This document shows positions 17,510-27,494 of a stretch of DNA of 64,000 bases, in pieces. The first letter of the stretch is position 1; each line of letters begins with the position of its first letter. The DNA is from Acutalibacteraceae bacterium. Its GTDB lineage: Bacteria > Bacillota > Clostridia > Oscillospirales > Acutalibacteraceae. A model generated the notes under the pieces. It searched no databases and was not told the origin of the DNA. It saw only the letters and a list, made by a program, of their open reading frames with translations. The DNA is taken from positions 246-64,245 of the forward strand of contig JAZUQA010000012.1 in the NCBI GenBank assembly GCA_045605425.1, written 5' to 3'. The translations under genes and the position numbers were made by a program.

Positions 17510-19573
17510 TTAAAACTCCAGCATCTCAATCATCTTTCCGCCGTAGAGGGGATAGGAGCAGATGCGGTTTGCGGAAACGGTATAGAGCGTGTCGTGGATA
17601 TAGGTTGCACGCTTAATCGCACCGTTTGAGTAGGACTCCTTATTGTAATAGAAGGTGGTTTTTCCGTCTGGGCTGTATTCGGGGGCACCGTTTTCTTCTG
17701 CCTCATAAGAATTGGAGTAGCTGCCTATCGGCTCGATTTTGCCGTCCTTGATTTTCAGCGTACACAGCTTTGTGTCGTGATAGCCGAGGGTCGGCTCATA
17801 CTCGTTGTAAATAAAGCCGAGAATGTTTCTGTTTGAGCAGTCCATAACTGTCTTGTGGTTAGTCTGAGCATTGGCATTTTTGATTATAAAACGGTCGATT
17901 TCCTGCGGCTTTGTCGGGTCGGAAATATCAAACAGCGATATTTTAAGGGCATCTGTTGCGCCTGTTTCGTCGCCGTCCGTGCCTATGCCGACAAGGTAGC
18001 CGTTAAACGGGTGAAGGTAGCTTGAGAAGCCGGGGATTTTAAGCTCGCCGACGATTTTCGGCTTTTTCATATCCGTGAAATCAATTACAAACAGCGGGTC
18101 CGTCTGCAGGAAGGTGACGACATATCCGTATTTGCCGATGTAGCGTACGGACTGTATTGTTTCGCCGGGTGCTATGCCGTCAAGCTTTGCAACCTGCTTT
18201 AAGTTTTTGTCAAGCACGGTAATCTGATTATATTCGTTTAGCGTGGTTGCGATTCGGATATAGCCGTCCCTTTCGTCAAGCGAAAACTGGTTGAGTATTC
18301 TGCCCTCAACCTCGCCCGTGCCGTCTGCCTCGATAACGCCGTTTTTAAAGGTGAAGCGGTGAATGACGGTTTTTAAGCTTGAAGGGGAGAAGCTGACAAA
18401 TTCGCCGTTGCCTTCTTTGGTTTCGTAGCGGTCAGCGATGATATAGAGGTTATTTGCCGTGCAGTTAACCTCTCTGCCGTTGCCGAGTATTGCCGAGGTT
18501 TTCGGCTCAAAATCGGGCTTTTCGAGGTCAAGCGTGCTCATAACAACATAGGTGCTCGAATTGTTATCGTCCTGCGGAAGAATGCTTATCATCTGCGAGG
18601 AAAGAACCTCTGCCTTGCCGTTTGTTTCGGTTTCGGGGGCTATATCGTTATACTTTGCGTAGCCGTTGTAAATTTCAATTTCCCCGGGGTAAACCGTGTA
18701 CTGTGAAAGCAGAATTACCCTGCCGTCAACAAGGCGTGAGGAGAAATAGTTGCCGTCCTGTGAAAAATCGTTGGTTTTCACGGGCTTTTTTCTGTCCGAA
18801 ATATCGTATATGATAAGTCTTGACTTGGGCTCCTTGTCCCAGTCTGTGCCGATTATGACGAGCGTTTCACCGTAAAGGTACATACCCTCGGCACCCGTTG
18901 TGGAGTTGTAGTAAACATCTGTTTTACTGACGAGCTTCATCGTTTTGGCTTCGACTATTTTTACTGTCCAGTCGCTTAAAATGTAAATGTACTTGCCGTC
19001 ATTTTTGATGATGTCGTCCTCGTCAACGTTGAAATACTGTGTGTTTGTTGCGCCGAAATCTGCGTGGTCGGAAAGTGCAGAGCTTGTGCCCGTTGTAACA
19101 GAGCTGTTTATGGTGCCTATGCCTGCTTCGGGCATGGCTTCTTCAGCGGCGAGCATATCGTCTGCCGCTGCTTCAAGCTTTTCGCTGAAGAGGTTGACGG
19201 TACCGTAATGAAAGCGGTTATTATTCTTGTATTCTGCTTTGAGTGCCGTAAAATAATCGACGAATACCTGTTCGTCGTTGCCCGAAATGGCAAACTCCGC
19301 ATCTGCTATAACAGACGGGATTTTCTTTACGGCAGGGGAAAAGTAGCTGTTGACAAAAGCACCTGCACCCACAAGCACAACAAGTGCAGCAATTGCGGCG
19401 GACAGCCTGCGGACAAGCCTTTTTTTGCCTGCCTTTTTGCCGTTTTGCTCCTTGCCTGCAACAAGTCTGACGGTGGCGTTTTCGGCAATTCCGGCAGGTA
19501 ATGTCAATTTTTCGTTGACGGGCTCAAGTGTGTTTTTAATGAAATTAAGGTTATTCTTATCGGTTTTCTTCAT
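17510..19573 (-). CDS. Secreted/membrane-anchored beta-propeller domain protein, co-transcribed with an ECF sigma factor
   Basis: 687 aa with an N-terminal TM anchor. Repeated beta-strand motifs (DIIKNDGKYIYILS, ISLFDISDPTKPQEI) resemble the COG4880-type beta-propeller family. 4-nt overlap with the sigma gene. Confidence 0.6.
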   Translation of the reverse strand: MKKTDKNNLNFIKNTLEPVNEKLTLPAGIAENATVRLVAGKEQNGKKAGKKRLVRRLSAAIAALVVLVGAGAFVNSYFSPAVKKIPSVIADAEFAISGNDEQVFVDYFTALKAEYKNNNRFHYGTVNLFSEKLEAAADDMLAAEEAMPEAGIGTINSSVTTGTSSALSDHADFGATNTQYFNVDEDDIIKNDGKYIYILSDWTVKIVEAKTMKLVSKTDVYYNSTTGAEGMYLYGETLVIIGTDWDKEPKSRLIIYDISDRKKPVKTNDFSQDGNYFSSRLVDGRVILLSQYTVYPGEIEIYNGYAKYNDIAPETETNGKAEVLSSQMISILPQDDNNSSTYVVMSTLDLEKPDFEPKTSAILGNGREVNCTANNLYIIADRYETKEGNGEFVSFSPSSLKTVIHRFTFKNGVIEADGTGEVEGRILNQFSLDERDGYIRIATTLNEYNQITVLDKNLKQVAKLDGIAPGETIQSVRYIGKYGYVVTFLQTDPLFVIDFTDMKKPKIVGELKIPGFSSYLHPFNGYLVGIGTDGDETGATDALKISLFDISDPTKPQEIDRFIIKNANAQTNHKTVMDCSNRNILGFIYNEYEPTLGYHDTKLCTLKIKDGKIEPIGSYSNSYEAEENGAPEYSPDGKTTFYYNKESYSNGAIKRATYIHDTLYTVSANRICSYPLYGGKMIEMLEF

Positions 19574-20115
19574 ATCTCGTTCCCTCCTTTTTCGAGTTCG
19601 CTTCGCAGCTTTTTAAGCGAGCGTGACAGCTTTGAGCGGACAGTTGCGGCAGGCAGAGCGGTGATTCTGGCTATCTCTTTTGAGTTGCAGCCGCAAACTG
19701 CGCTTAGCAGAACTATGCCTTTTTCCTCTTGGCTGAGTTGGTTTATAAGGCGCAGTAAATCAAGCCCGAGCAGTATTTTTTCGCCCGAATCGCTTGTTGG
19801 AATTTCCGCACAGAAATCAAGCGAAGCCGTGTTAGCTGAGTATTTTTCACGCAGAATATGTTTGCAGCAATGACTGAGAATTTTGAAAAACCAAGCCTTT
19901 GCCGCCTCTTCGTTTCTTAAGCGGTTTATGCTTTTCCACGCTTCAAGTGCGGTGTCCTGCACAGCGTCCTGTGCCGCTTCAGCCGAGCCGAGGCTGTACA
20001 GCGCATAGCGGTACATTTCGCCGCTGAATTTTGAGTATAGCTCACCGAAGGCTCTTGCATCGCCGTCCCTTGCTTTTTTTGTAAGCAATGCCGTGTTGTC
20101 TTTCATTTTTCTCAC
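19570..20115 (-). CDS. RNA polymerase sigma-70 family (ECF-type) sigma factor
   Basis: 181 aa. Region 2 (FGELYSKFSGEMYRYALY, DAVQDTALEAWKS) and region 4 HTH (SKEIARITALPAATVRSKLSRSLKKLR). Confidence 0.85.
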   Translation of the reverse strand: MRKMKDNTALLTKKARDGDARAFGELYSKFSGEMYRYALYSLGSAEAAQDAVQDTALEAWKSINRLRNEEAAKAWFFKILSHCCKHILREKYSANTASLDFCAEIPTSDSGEKILLGLDLLRLINQLSQEEKGIVLLSAVCGCNSKEIARITALPAATVRSKLSRSLKKLRSELEKGGNEI

Positions 20116-20128
20116 CTGCTTTCTGTTT

Positions 20129-20419
20129 TCAGCGGCAGACTATAACCGCATTTATAGCATTGCCAAAGGCTGAATACATTACAATTTCTTCGATGTTGTC
20201 CGTGTCATCGTAATATTTAATTACGATACCGTAGCCCAAGCCTTTATAATACGGGTGGTTACCACCGTAATTGGCAATTTCTGCAAAAACAGGCTCCTTT
20301 ATTTTGGAAACGCAGGCAAAATCGGTAAAGAAAACGCCTGCCCAGATAAGCAGAGGAATGCAGATTACAGCTATTAAGGCAATAATTTTCTTTTTGCGTT
20401 TTTTCATAAGCGGTATCAC
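20129..20419 (-). CDS. Small hypothetical membrane-anchored protein
   Basis: 96 aa with an N-terminal TM helix. First gene of the sigma operon. Confidence 0.5.
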   Translation of the reverse strand: MIPLMKKRKKKIIALIAVICIPLLIWAGVFFTDFACVSKIKEPVFAEIANYGGNHPYYKGLGYGIVIKYYDDTDNIEEIVMYSAFGNAINAVIVCR

Positions 20420-20558
20420 CTCTTACGGTAAAATTTGAGTACTCACCTATATAGTGTGAAAAAAGAAGGAAAGTGTTGCATTATTTTCTAATATTTTATA
20501 ATAAAAATTTAAAAAATTCTATACCATTGTGCCAAGTTTTATGTTATAATGCCAATAT

Positions 20559-21251
20559 ATGTGTGAAAGTGTTGCTTTTTATCGAAAAGGGGTGGTGCAA
20601 GTGGCAAGAAAATATGATTTTGTGCTGTTCGATTTTGACGGCACAATTGCCGACACGGGCAGAGGAATTATGCGCTGTGCCCTTATTGCGCTCAACTTTT
20701 ACGGCTACGATGAGCCTGACAGAGAAAGGCTGAAGGCTTTTGTAGGTCCTCCGCTTGTTGACAGCTTTATGACCTACGGCGCAGACCTTGAAACGGCACG
20801 GAAGATGGTGGACAAATACCGTGAGCACTATTCGGCAGGCGGTATGTTTGAGTCCGATTTGTATGACGGTGCTAAAGAGATGTTGAAAGCGCTTCACGAA
20901 GCAGGCTGTAAAATGGCAATTGCTTCTTCAAAGCCGGGCAAATACGTTGCCGCAATTCTCGAAAAGCTCGGAATAGATGAATACTTTTCGTTCATCTCCG
21001 CCCCCGAAATAGGTCACGTCAACCCCACAAAGCAGGAGCTTATTGACGCCGCTGTTACTGCCCTCGGTGCAGATAAAGCCAAAACCGTTATGGTAGGCGA
21101 CAGGCTTTTTGATATTGAGGGTGCAAAGCTCTCAGGCGTAGCGTCAATCGGTGCAGTCTACGGCTTCGGCGGTGAAGAGGAAATGAAAAAGCACGGCGCT
21201 GATATGTTTGCTTACAGCACATCGGAAATTACGGAGTTGATACTTGAATGA
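20559..21251 (+). CDS. HAD-superfamily hydrolase (phosphoglycolate phosphatase-like)
   Basis: FDFDGTIADT motif I, SSK motif, GDRLFD motif. The true start may be the GTG near 20601. Confidence 0.8.
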   Translation: MCESVAFYRKGVVQVARKYDFVLFDFDGTIADTGRGIMRCALIALNFYGYDEPDRERLKAFVGPPLVDSFMTYGADLETARKMVDKYREHYSAGGMFESDLYDGAKEMLKALHEAGCKMAIASSKPGKYVAAILEKLGIDEYFSFISAPEIGHVNPTKQELIDAAVTALGADKAKTVMVGDRLFDIEGAKLSGVASIGAVYGFGGEEEMKKHGADMFAYSTSEITELILE

Positions 21252-21628
21252 AGATAATAACCGATTTTTTTAGGGCAATAATTCTTATAGCACTTGTAGC
21301 GGTTATAGCCGTTACGGGCTGCTTTGCGGCGATATTCTTTACAGGCAAGGATGAGCCCGAGGAAATTTTCATAATGGAATACGCCCTTGTTTTTGAAAAG
21401 GGTGAGGATGAAAAGCTGGACGTGTGGTTTGTCGAAAAGGCAGCGTGTGCCGAGCTTGAAAACGGTGACGGCGCAGTTTATTACGACGGCAGCTACTGTG
21501 CGGCAAACGCTATGGTCAGTTCAGACGGGGCTGTCAGCTTTTACGCTTCGGACGACCTTAGCTATAACGTTTCTGTGAACGATGAAAATATCGTCGGCAG
21601 GGTAATAGCCTGCTGGCAACAAAAATAA
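21248..21628 (+). CDS. Hypothetical protein with N-terminal TM helix
   Basis: 126 aa ORF with a 4-nt overlap with the HAD gene. Confidence 0.55.
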   Translation: MKIITDFFRAIILIALVAVIAVTGCFAAIFFTGKDEPEEIFIMEYALVFEKGEDEKLDVWFVEKAACAELENGDGAVYYDGSYCAANAMVSSDGAVSFYASDDLSYNVSVNDENIVGRVIACWQQK

Positions 21629-21696
21629 ATTTCTGCAATATAGTATATAGGGGTAAGTTTTTATCCCGTAATTAATTGCAGGGGGAAAGCATTTAA

Positions 21697-22830
21697 ATGG
21701 AAGCTTATCTTGACAACAGCGCTACGACCTGCCTTTGCCCCACGGCAAAAGAAAAAACGGTCGAAGCGATAAACAAATACTACGGCAACCCGTCCTCGCT
21801 TCACAGTATTGGTACGGCGGCTTCTAGGCAGCTTGAGGCGGCAAGGGCTGCGGTTGCGGCCACTCTTTCCTGCGAAAGCGAAGTGATTGTTTTTACAAAC
21901 AGCGGCACGCTTGCCAACAATGCGGCAATCTTCGGTGCGGCACACGCACTCAAAAGGCGTGGCAACAGAATTGTCACCACCGCAATTGAACACCCGAGTG
22001 TGCTTGAATGTATGAAAGCCCTTGAAAAAGAAGGCTTCGAGGTAATTTACCTCAAGCCCGACAGATACGGCAGAATAAACCGCAGGGATCTGATGCAGGC
22101 GGTAAACGCAAAAACCGTGCTTGTGAGCATGATGTATGTCAATAACGAGGTTGGCAGCATCCTGCCCGTCGAGGCGGCAAGAGCGGCAGTAAGGGCGGCA
22201 AAAGCACCTGCGCTCATTCACTGTGATGCCGTTCAGGCTTACGGCAAGCTGGCGGTCAAGCCCTCACGCCTGGGTGTGGATTTGCTCACGGCAAGCGGTC
22301 ACAAAATCAACGGTCCGAAGGGTGTCGGCTTTCTGTACGTACGCAAGGGCGTAAGGCTTGCGCCTTATATCTACGGCGGCGGTCAGGAGGGCAAGATTTA
22401 TTCCGGCACACAGCCTATGCCCACAATTATGGGTCTGTGGGGTGCGGTTGAGGAATTGCCCGACCCGAATATTCAGCTTGAAAAGACACGGCTTCTGCGT
22501 GACTACTTCGTTTCGCAGGCTGTGAATATAGAGGGTGTGGTTATCAACTCGTGTGATGAAGCTCTGCCCTATATAATCAATATTTCACTTCCGGGTCACC
22601 CGTCGCAGACGGTGCTCAATTTCCTGTCTGAAAGAGGAATTTACGTTTCGGGCGGCTCAGCCTGCTCAAAGGGTCACCGCTCTCACGTGCTCACTGCTAT
22701 GGGGCTTGAGCCCGAACTCACCGATTCGGCACTGCGAATCAGCCTTTGCCGCTTTACGACAAAGGATGAAATTGATATGCTGCTCTGCGGTCTTGACGCT
22801 GCAACGGCAACTTTGAGAAAGAAAAAATAA
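21697..22830 (+). CDS. Cysteine desulfurase (NifS/IscS family)
   Basis: 377 aa. PLP-lysine motif SGHKINGPKGVG and catalytic loop SGGSACS. Confidence 0.9.
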   Translation: MEAYLDNSATTCLCPTAKEKTVEAINKYYGNPSSLHSIGTAASRQLEAARAAVAATLSCESEVIVFTNSGTLANNAAIFGAAHALKRRGNRIVTTAIEHPSVLECMKALEKEGFEVIYLKPDRYGRINRRDLMQAVNAKTVLVSMMYVNNEVGSILPVEAARAAVRAAKAPALIHCDAVQAYGKLAVKPSRLGVDLLTASGHKINGPKGVGFLYVRKGVRLAPYIYGGGQEGKIYSGTQPMPTIMGLWGAVEELPDPNIQLEKTRLLRDYFVSQAVNIEGVVINSCDEALPYIINISLPGHPSQTVLNFLSERGIYVSGGSACSKGHRSHVLTAMGLEPELTDSALRISLCRFTTKDEIDMLLCGLDAATATLRKKK

Positions 22831-22863
22831 CAAAAATAATTATTTTAAAATAAAGGACATAAA

Positions 22864-24030
22864 ATGAAAGAAGTAATACTCATTAAAAACGGCGAGCTTG
22901 CCCTCAAGGGTCTTAACCGCCGCACGTTTGAAGACGTAATGATACGGAATATGCGCCGCAGACTGGCTGACCTTGGCACCTTCACCTTTACTCCGGCACA
23001 GTCCACAATTAAAGTTGAGGGTGAGGACGGCGTTGACCTTGAAGAAGCGGTTGAGCGCATTTCCAAGGTTTTCGGTATAGCAGGCTTCTCCCGTGCACTC
23101 AAGCTCGAAAAGGATTTTTCCCTCGTGCTTGAAAACACGGGTAAATATCTTGAACAGCAGCTGCTTGAAGCAAATACCTTCAAGGTAACCGCAAAGCGTT
23201 CGGACAAAAAGTTCCCCTACGACTCACCGCAGATTTGTCTGCTGCTTGGCGAAAGACTGCTTAACGAATTTGACCACCTTACCGTAGATGTTCACAACCC
23301 CGACCTTACCGTTACCGTTGAGGTGCGTGATCACGATATATTCGTTCACGCAAATCAGCTCAAGGGTGCAGGCGGTATGCCCGTCAGCACGGCAGGCAGG
23401 GCTGCACTTATGGTTTCGGGCGGTATTGACAGCCCCGTTGCAGGCTGGATGATGGCAAAGCGTGGCGTGGAGCTTACCGCAATTCACTTTGCTTCTCCTC
23501 CCTACACCAGCGAAAGGGCAGAGCAGAAGGTGCACGATCTTCTTGCCAAGGTCGCAAAGTACGCAGGCAGAATTGAGCTGACCGTAGTGCCCTTTACCGA
23601 AATTCAGGAGCAGATAAGGGACAAGTGCCCCGAAGACCTGTTCACAATAATTATGCGCCGTGTAATGGTAATCTGTACCGAAAAACTTGCAAGGTACGGC
23701 GGCTGTGGTGCGCTCATAACGGGCGAAAGCCTCGGTCAGGTTGCAAGCCAGACCCTCGGCGCAATCGGCTGTACGGATGCCGTTGCAACAATTCCCGTTT
23801 TCCGTCCGCTCATCGGTATGGATAAGGACGAAATCATTGCAATTTCACGCAAGATTGACACCTTTGATATTTCAATTCTCCCCTTTGAGGACTGCTGTAC
23901 GGTGTTCACACCCAAGCACCCCAGAACAAGACCCAAGCTGCCCGATGTCGAGGCGGCAGAGGCTGCTCTCAACCTTGACGAGCTCGTGGAAAGAGCCGTC
24001 GCAAACGTAAGAAGGATTAAAATCGGTTAA
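22864..24030 (+). CDS. thiI: tRNA 4-thiouridine(8) synthase ThiI
   Basis: 388 aa. THUMP-type N-terminus and PP-loop SGGIDSPVA. Adjacent to the cysteine desulfurase gene. Confidence 0.9.
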   Translation: MKEVILIKNGELALKGLNRRTFEDVMIRNMRRRLADLGTFTFTPAQSTIKVEGEDGVDLEEAVERISKVFGIAGFSRALKLEKDFSLVLENTGKYLEQQLLEANTFKVTAKRSDKKFPYDSPQICLLLGERLLNEFDHLTVDVHNPDLTVTVEVRDHDIFVHANQLKGAGGMPVSTAGRAALMVSGGIDSPVAGWMMAKRGVELTAIHFASPPYTSERAEQKVHDLLAKVAKYAGRIELTVVPFTEIQEQIRDKCPEDLFTIIMRRVMVICTEKLARYGGCGALITGESLGQVASQTLGAIGCTDAVATIPVFRPLIGMDKDEIIAISRKIDTFDISILPFEDCCTVFTPKHPRTRPKLPDVEAAEAALNLDELVERAVANVRRIKIG

Positions 24031-24032
24031 TT

Positions 24033-25289
24033 ATGAACTGCGAAATCATTTGTGTGGGTACCGAGCTTCTGCTCGGCGATATACTGAATACAAACGCTCA
24101 ATATCTTGCCCGTGAGCTTGCCGCTTTAGGCATAGGCGTTCATCACCAGCAGGTTGTCGGCGACAATCCGCAGAGAATGCGTGAATGTATGTCCCGTGCG
24201 CTGAATGAAAGCGATATGATAATTCTTTCGGGCGGATTAGGTCCTACGGCGGATGACCTTACAAAGGAAATCTGCTGTGAGGTTATGGGCGAAAGATTAG
24301 TGCTTGACGAGGATATACTCGAAGGCATAAAAAGCTACTTCGTGTCCCGTGGCAGGCAGATGGCTGACAACAACAAAAAGCAGGCATTTGTTCCCGAAAA
24401 CGGCATTGTTTTCTCGAACAGAAACGGTACAGCACCCGGCTGCGGTATTGAAAAGGACGGCAAAATTGCAATTATGCTTCCCGGCCCTCCGAGAGAGCTC
24501 CGGCCTATGTTCGAAAAAGAGGTTATGCCCTACATTGCAAAAAAGACGGGCGGCATAATCCTTTCAAAGCAGGTGCGTACTTTCGGTATAGGCGAATCGA
24601 ATATGGCTGCCGCAGTTGAGGATTTGCTCGACGGCGAAAACCCCACCGTTGCCCCCTACGCCAAGGACGGCGAAGCGCTTCTGCGTGTTACCGCAAGAGC
24701 CGACAGTGAAGAAAAAGCCTCGGCAATGTGTGACGAAACGATAGAAAAAATCCGTGAGCGTATAGGCGAATACATCTACGGCATTGATGTTTCAAGCCTT
24801 GAAGAAAAGGCGGTTGAGCTGTTGCTGGCTCACGGTAAAAAGCTCGCCCTTGCGGAAAGCTGCACGGGCGGATATATAGCCAAGAGAATTACGGATATTC
24901 CGGGCTCTTCGGCTGTGTTTGAATACGGTATAGTTTCCTATTCAAACGAGGTTAAAATAAACCTGCTGGGCGTAAAAGCCGAAACAATTGAAAAATATAC
25001 CGAGGTCAGCTCACAGACTGCCGCAGAAATGGCACAGGGTGTGCGCAGGCTTTCGGGTGCGGATTTTGCTTTGAGCGTTACGGGCATTTCGGGTCCGGGC
25101 GGCGGCAGTGAGGATAAGCCCGTAGGTCTTGCCTATATCGGCTTTGCCCACGAAGGCGGCACAACGGTAAAAGAGCTGCGCACAGGCAAAAAAGAGAATT
25201 CAAGAGATTATAACAGATATGTTGCGGCGTCAACTGCTTTGCATATGCTGGTTGATTATCTGAACGAAAAGGACGGCGAATTACTATGA
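24033..25289 (+). CDS. cinA: Competence/damage-inducible protein CinA (nicotinamide-nucleotide amidase family)
   Basis: 418 aa. N-terminal MoCF-type domain (EIICVGTELLLGDILNTNAQYLA) and C-terminal PncC-like domain (LALAESCTGG). Confidence 0.9.
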   Translation: MNCEIICVGTELLLGDILNTNAQYLARELAALGIGVHHQQVVGDNPQRMRECMSRALNESDMIILSGGLGPTADDLTKEICCEVMGERLVLDEDILEGIKSYFVSRGRQMADNNKKQAFVPENGIVFSNRNGTAPGCGIEKDGKIAIMLPGPPRELRPMFEKEVMPYIAKKTGGIILSKQVRTFGIGESNMAAAVEDLLDGENPTVAPYAKDGEALLRVTARADSEEKASAMCDETIEKIRERIGEYIYGIDVSSLEEKAVELLLAHGKKLALAESCTGGYIAKRITDIPGSSAVFEYGIVSYSNEVKINLLGVKAETIEKYTEVSSQTAAEMAQGVRRLSGADFALSVTGISGPGGGSEDKPVGLAYIGFAHEGGTTVKELRTGKKENSRDYNRYVAASTALHMLVDYLNEKDGELL

Positions 25290-27187
25290 CAGAGGAAAAA
25301 GACTACGGTTCAAGAAGCCCGAGCTTCAACGACCTTATCAAAAAGTATCAGGCGATTAACGAGAGCGGCGAAGTTTCAAAGGAAGCCGTTGAGGAAATAC
25401 CCGAGCCCGAGCTTAAGTCCGACAAGGATTTTGAAAAGCAGCTTGGCGAAATAATAGACAGCGTTGAACAGCCCGAGCAGGCTTTGCCAGAGGAGTTTAC
25501 CTTTGACGAGTCACTTATTCCCGAGGTTGAGGATGAGCCTGAAATGACCTTCAAGAAGGAAGAGCCGAAGTTTGCATACGACCTTAATATGTTCGGTGCG
25601 GCGGCTCAGAGCAGCTTCAATATAGACGATATTGACGACTCGTGGCTTGATTCTTCGCTTGATGAGAGCATATTCTACGACCCGTCAAAGCCCAAGGCTC
25701 CTGTAACCGTTGAAACGGCTGAGGAATTCGTTCCTGAGACAGAGGAAATACCCGAAGAAGTAATTGAAGAGGTTATTGAGGAAGCTGCCGAAGAAACCGC
25801 AGAGGAAATTCAACCCGAGCCTGTTGAGGAAGAGATTTCAGAAATAACAACTGAAGAAGTTGTTGAAGAAGCAGCCCAAGAAGCAGAGAAAGAGCCGGAG
25901 CCGATTGTGGAAGAAATCCGCAAGGAGCCTGTCTTTGTGCCCGTGGAGGAGCCTGTTGAGGCACAGCCGATTAAGGCTGCAGGCGGCTACATTGCCCCGA
26001 GTGCGGCAGAAAACTTTACCTTTGACCCCGACAGCGGTCTGGATTTTGACGAGGATGAGGAGCCAAAGCTCCCTGAAATGCCGTCAGACCTGCCTGTTTT
26101 CACACCTGCCGTGCCCGATGAAAAGAAGAACAAAAAGCTCGGCAAGAAAAAGGAAACCAAGGCTGTAACCAGCTTTTCAAAGGACTATATGATTGGCGGT
26201 GATGAGGGTAAGCCGGCTAAGAGAGGCAACTTCTTCACACGCAATTTCATTCCCTCAAAGGATGATTCTGCTGCCGAGAAGGTTCGCAAGATTGTTATGG
26301 TAATTGCGGTTATTGCCGCACTTGTTTCGGGCGGTTACCTGTTCAACGACTACGTTATAGCTCCCTTTGTGAATACAAAACAGCTCGATGAGCTCAGCGG
26401 TATGATAGGTGAGGGCAACAACGTTGTCAATACACAGAGCCTTGCCGAAAAGTATCCCGGCGTTGCCTTCCCCGAGGGCATGCTTGAAAAGTATGCCGCA
26501 CTTTACGCAAGAAACAAGGATTTTGTCGGCTGGATTGAAATTGACGGGCTTGACATTTCTCTCCCCGTAGTCAGAGGCGAGAACAACGACAAGTACCTCA
26601 AAACCGATTTCGACGGCAAGTACAGCAAGTACGGCTCAATCTTTATGAACTGCGCAAACAAGGTTGACTCACTCAACTACAACACAACTATTTTCGGTCA
26701 CTATATGAAGGATACGAAAATGTTCGGCAATCTTATGCAGTACAAGAGCATTGCAGGCTACAAAAAGGCGCCTGTAATTGAGTTCAACACGATTTACGGC
26801 GACTACAAGTGGAAGGTCTTTGCCGCATACATCACCAACGGCACATCAGCAGGCGATGACGGCTACCTGTTCAACTATATGTTCACAGACCTTTCAACAA
26901 ACGAGGCGGTTGAAGAATTCCTCGGCGAAATAAAGCTGAGAACAATCTATTACCCCAATGTTGACATTGCCGTTTCGGACAGAATTCTTACTCTTTCCAC
27001 CTGCACCTACGAGCTTGACGAGGGCAGACTTATTGTTATGGCAAGAGCGGTCAGACCCGGCGAAAGCACGGACGTTGACCTTACAAATATCCGTGTAAAT
27101 CCCAACCCGAGATACCCCCAGGGCTACTACACGGAAAACAACCTGAGCAACCCCTACAAATCCTATAACAAGTGGTATCCGTCATAG
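25286..27187 (+). CDS. Class B sortase-like transpeptidase with long acidic N-terminal extension
   Basis: 633 aa. About 330 aa of E/P-rich low complexity, a TM helix, then a sortase domain with FGHYMKDTKMFGNL and catalytic TLSTCTY. Ends in TAG. Confidence 0.75.
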   Translation: MTEEKDYGSRSPSFNDLIKKYQAINESGEVSKEAVEEIPEPELKSDKDFEKQLGEIIDSVEQPEQALPEEFTFDESLIPEVEDEPEMTFKKEEPKFAYDLNMFGAAAQSSFNIDDIDDSWLDSSLDESIFYDPSKPKAPVTVETAEEFVPETEEIPEEVIEEVIEEAAEETAEEIQPEPVEEEISEITTEEVVEEAAQEAEKEPEPIVEEIRKEPVFVPVEEPVEAQPIKAAGGYIAPSAAENFTFDPDSGLDFDEDEEPKLPEMPSDLPVFTPAVPDEKKNKKLGKKKETKAVTSFSKDYMIGGDEGKPAKRGNFFTRNFIPSKDDSAAEKVRKIVMVIAVIAALVSGGYLFNDYVIAPFVNTKQLDELSGMIGEGNNVVNTQSLAEKYPGVAFPEGMLEKYAALYARNKDFVGWIEIDGLDISLPVVRGENNDKYLKTDFDGKYSKYGSIFMNCANKVDSLNYNTTIFGHYMKDTKMFGNLMQYKSIAGYKKAPVIEFNTIYGDYKWKVFAAYITNGTSAGDDGYLFNYMFTDLSTNEAVEEFLGEIKLRTIYYPNVDIAVSDRILTLSTCTYELDEGRLIVMARAVRPGESTDVDLTNIRVNPNPRYPQGYYTENNLSNPYKSYNKWYPS

Positions 27188-27457
27188 GGTGACGAGTATA
27201 ATCCGAACTCGCCCAAAAGCGTGAATTTTTGCGGCTTTTCGGCGTTTCGGATTTGAAAGGCAACAGCCTGTCGGCATCCTCAACATCCAAAAATCCATCA
27301 AAAATTCGCACTTTTGGGTCGAAGATTTTTTGCGAAGCGGATTTTTGGCATATCAAGGCACAAAACGCAGTAAATCCTAACGGATTTACGAGTATTTTAA
27401 CGATGAGATGGCGGAAATCCGCCCCGCAAAAACGGGTTCGGATTATTCTTGCCACCC
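27187..27457. repeat. 271-bp intergenic element bounded by 22-bp imperfect terminal inverted repeats
   Basis: GGGTGACGAGTATAATCCGAAC (27187..27208) versus the reverse complement of 27436..27457, GGGTGGCAAGAATAATCCGAAC (19/22 identical). Internal inverted repeat cccaaaagcgtgaattttt / aaaaattcgcacttttggg. Confidence 0.6.
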
Positions 27458-27494
27458 TAAGGCTAAAGGAATTACCCTAAGGAGAATATAAACA

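Noticed and set aside
27081-27480. ORFs 27081..27455 (-) and 27229..27480 (+)
   Set aside because: Both lie inside the inverted-repeat element, lack RBSs, and have low-complexity, motif-free translations.
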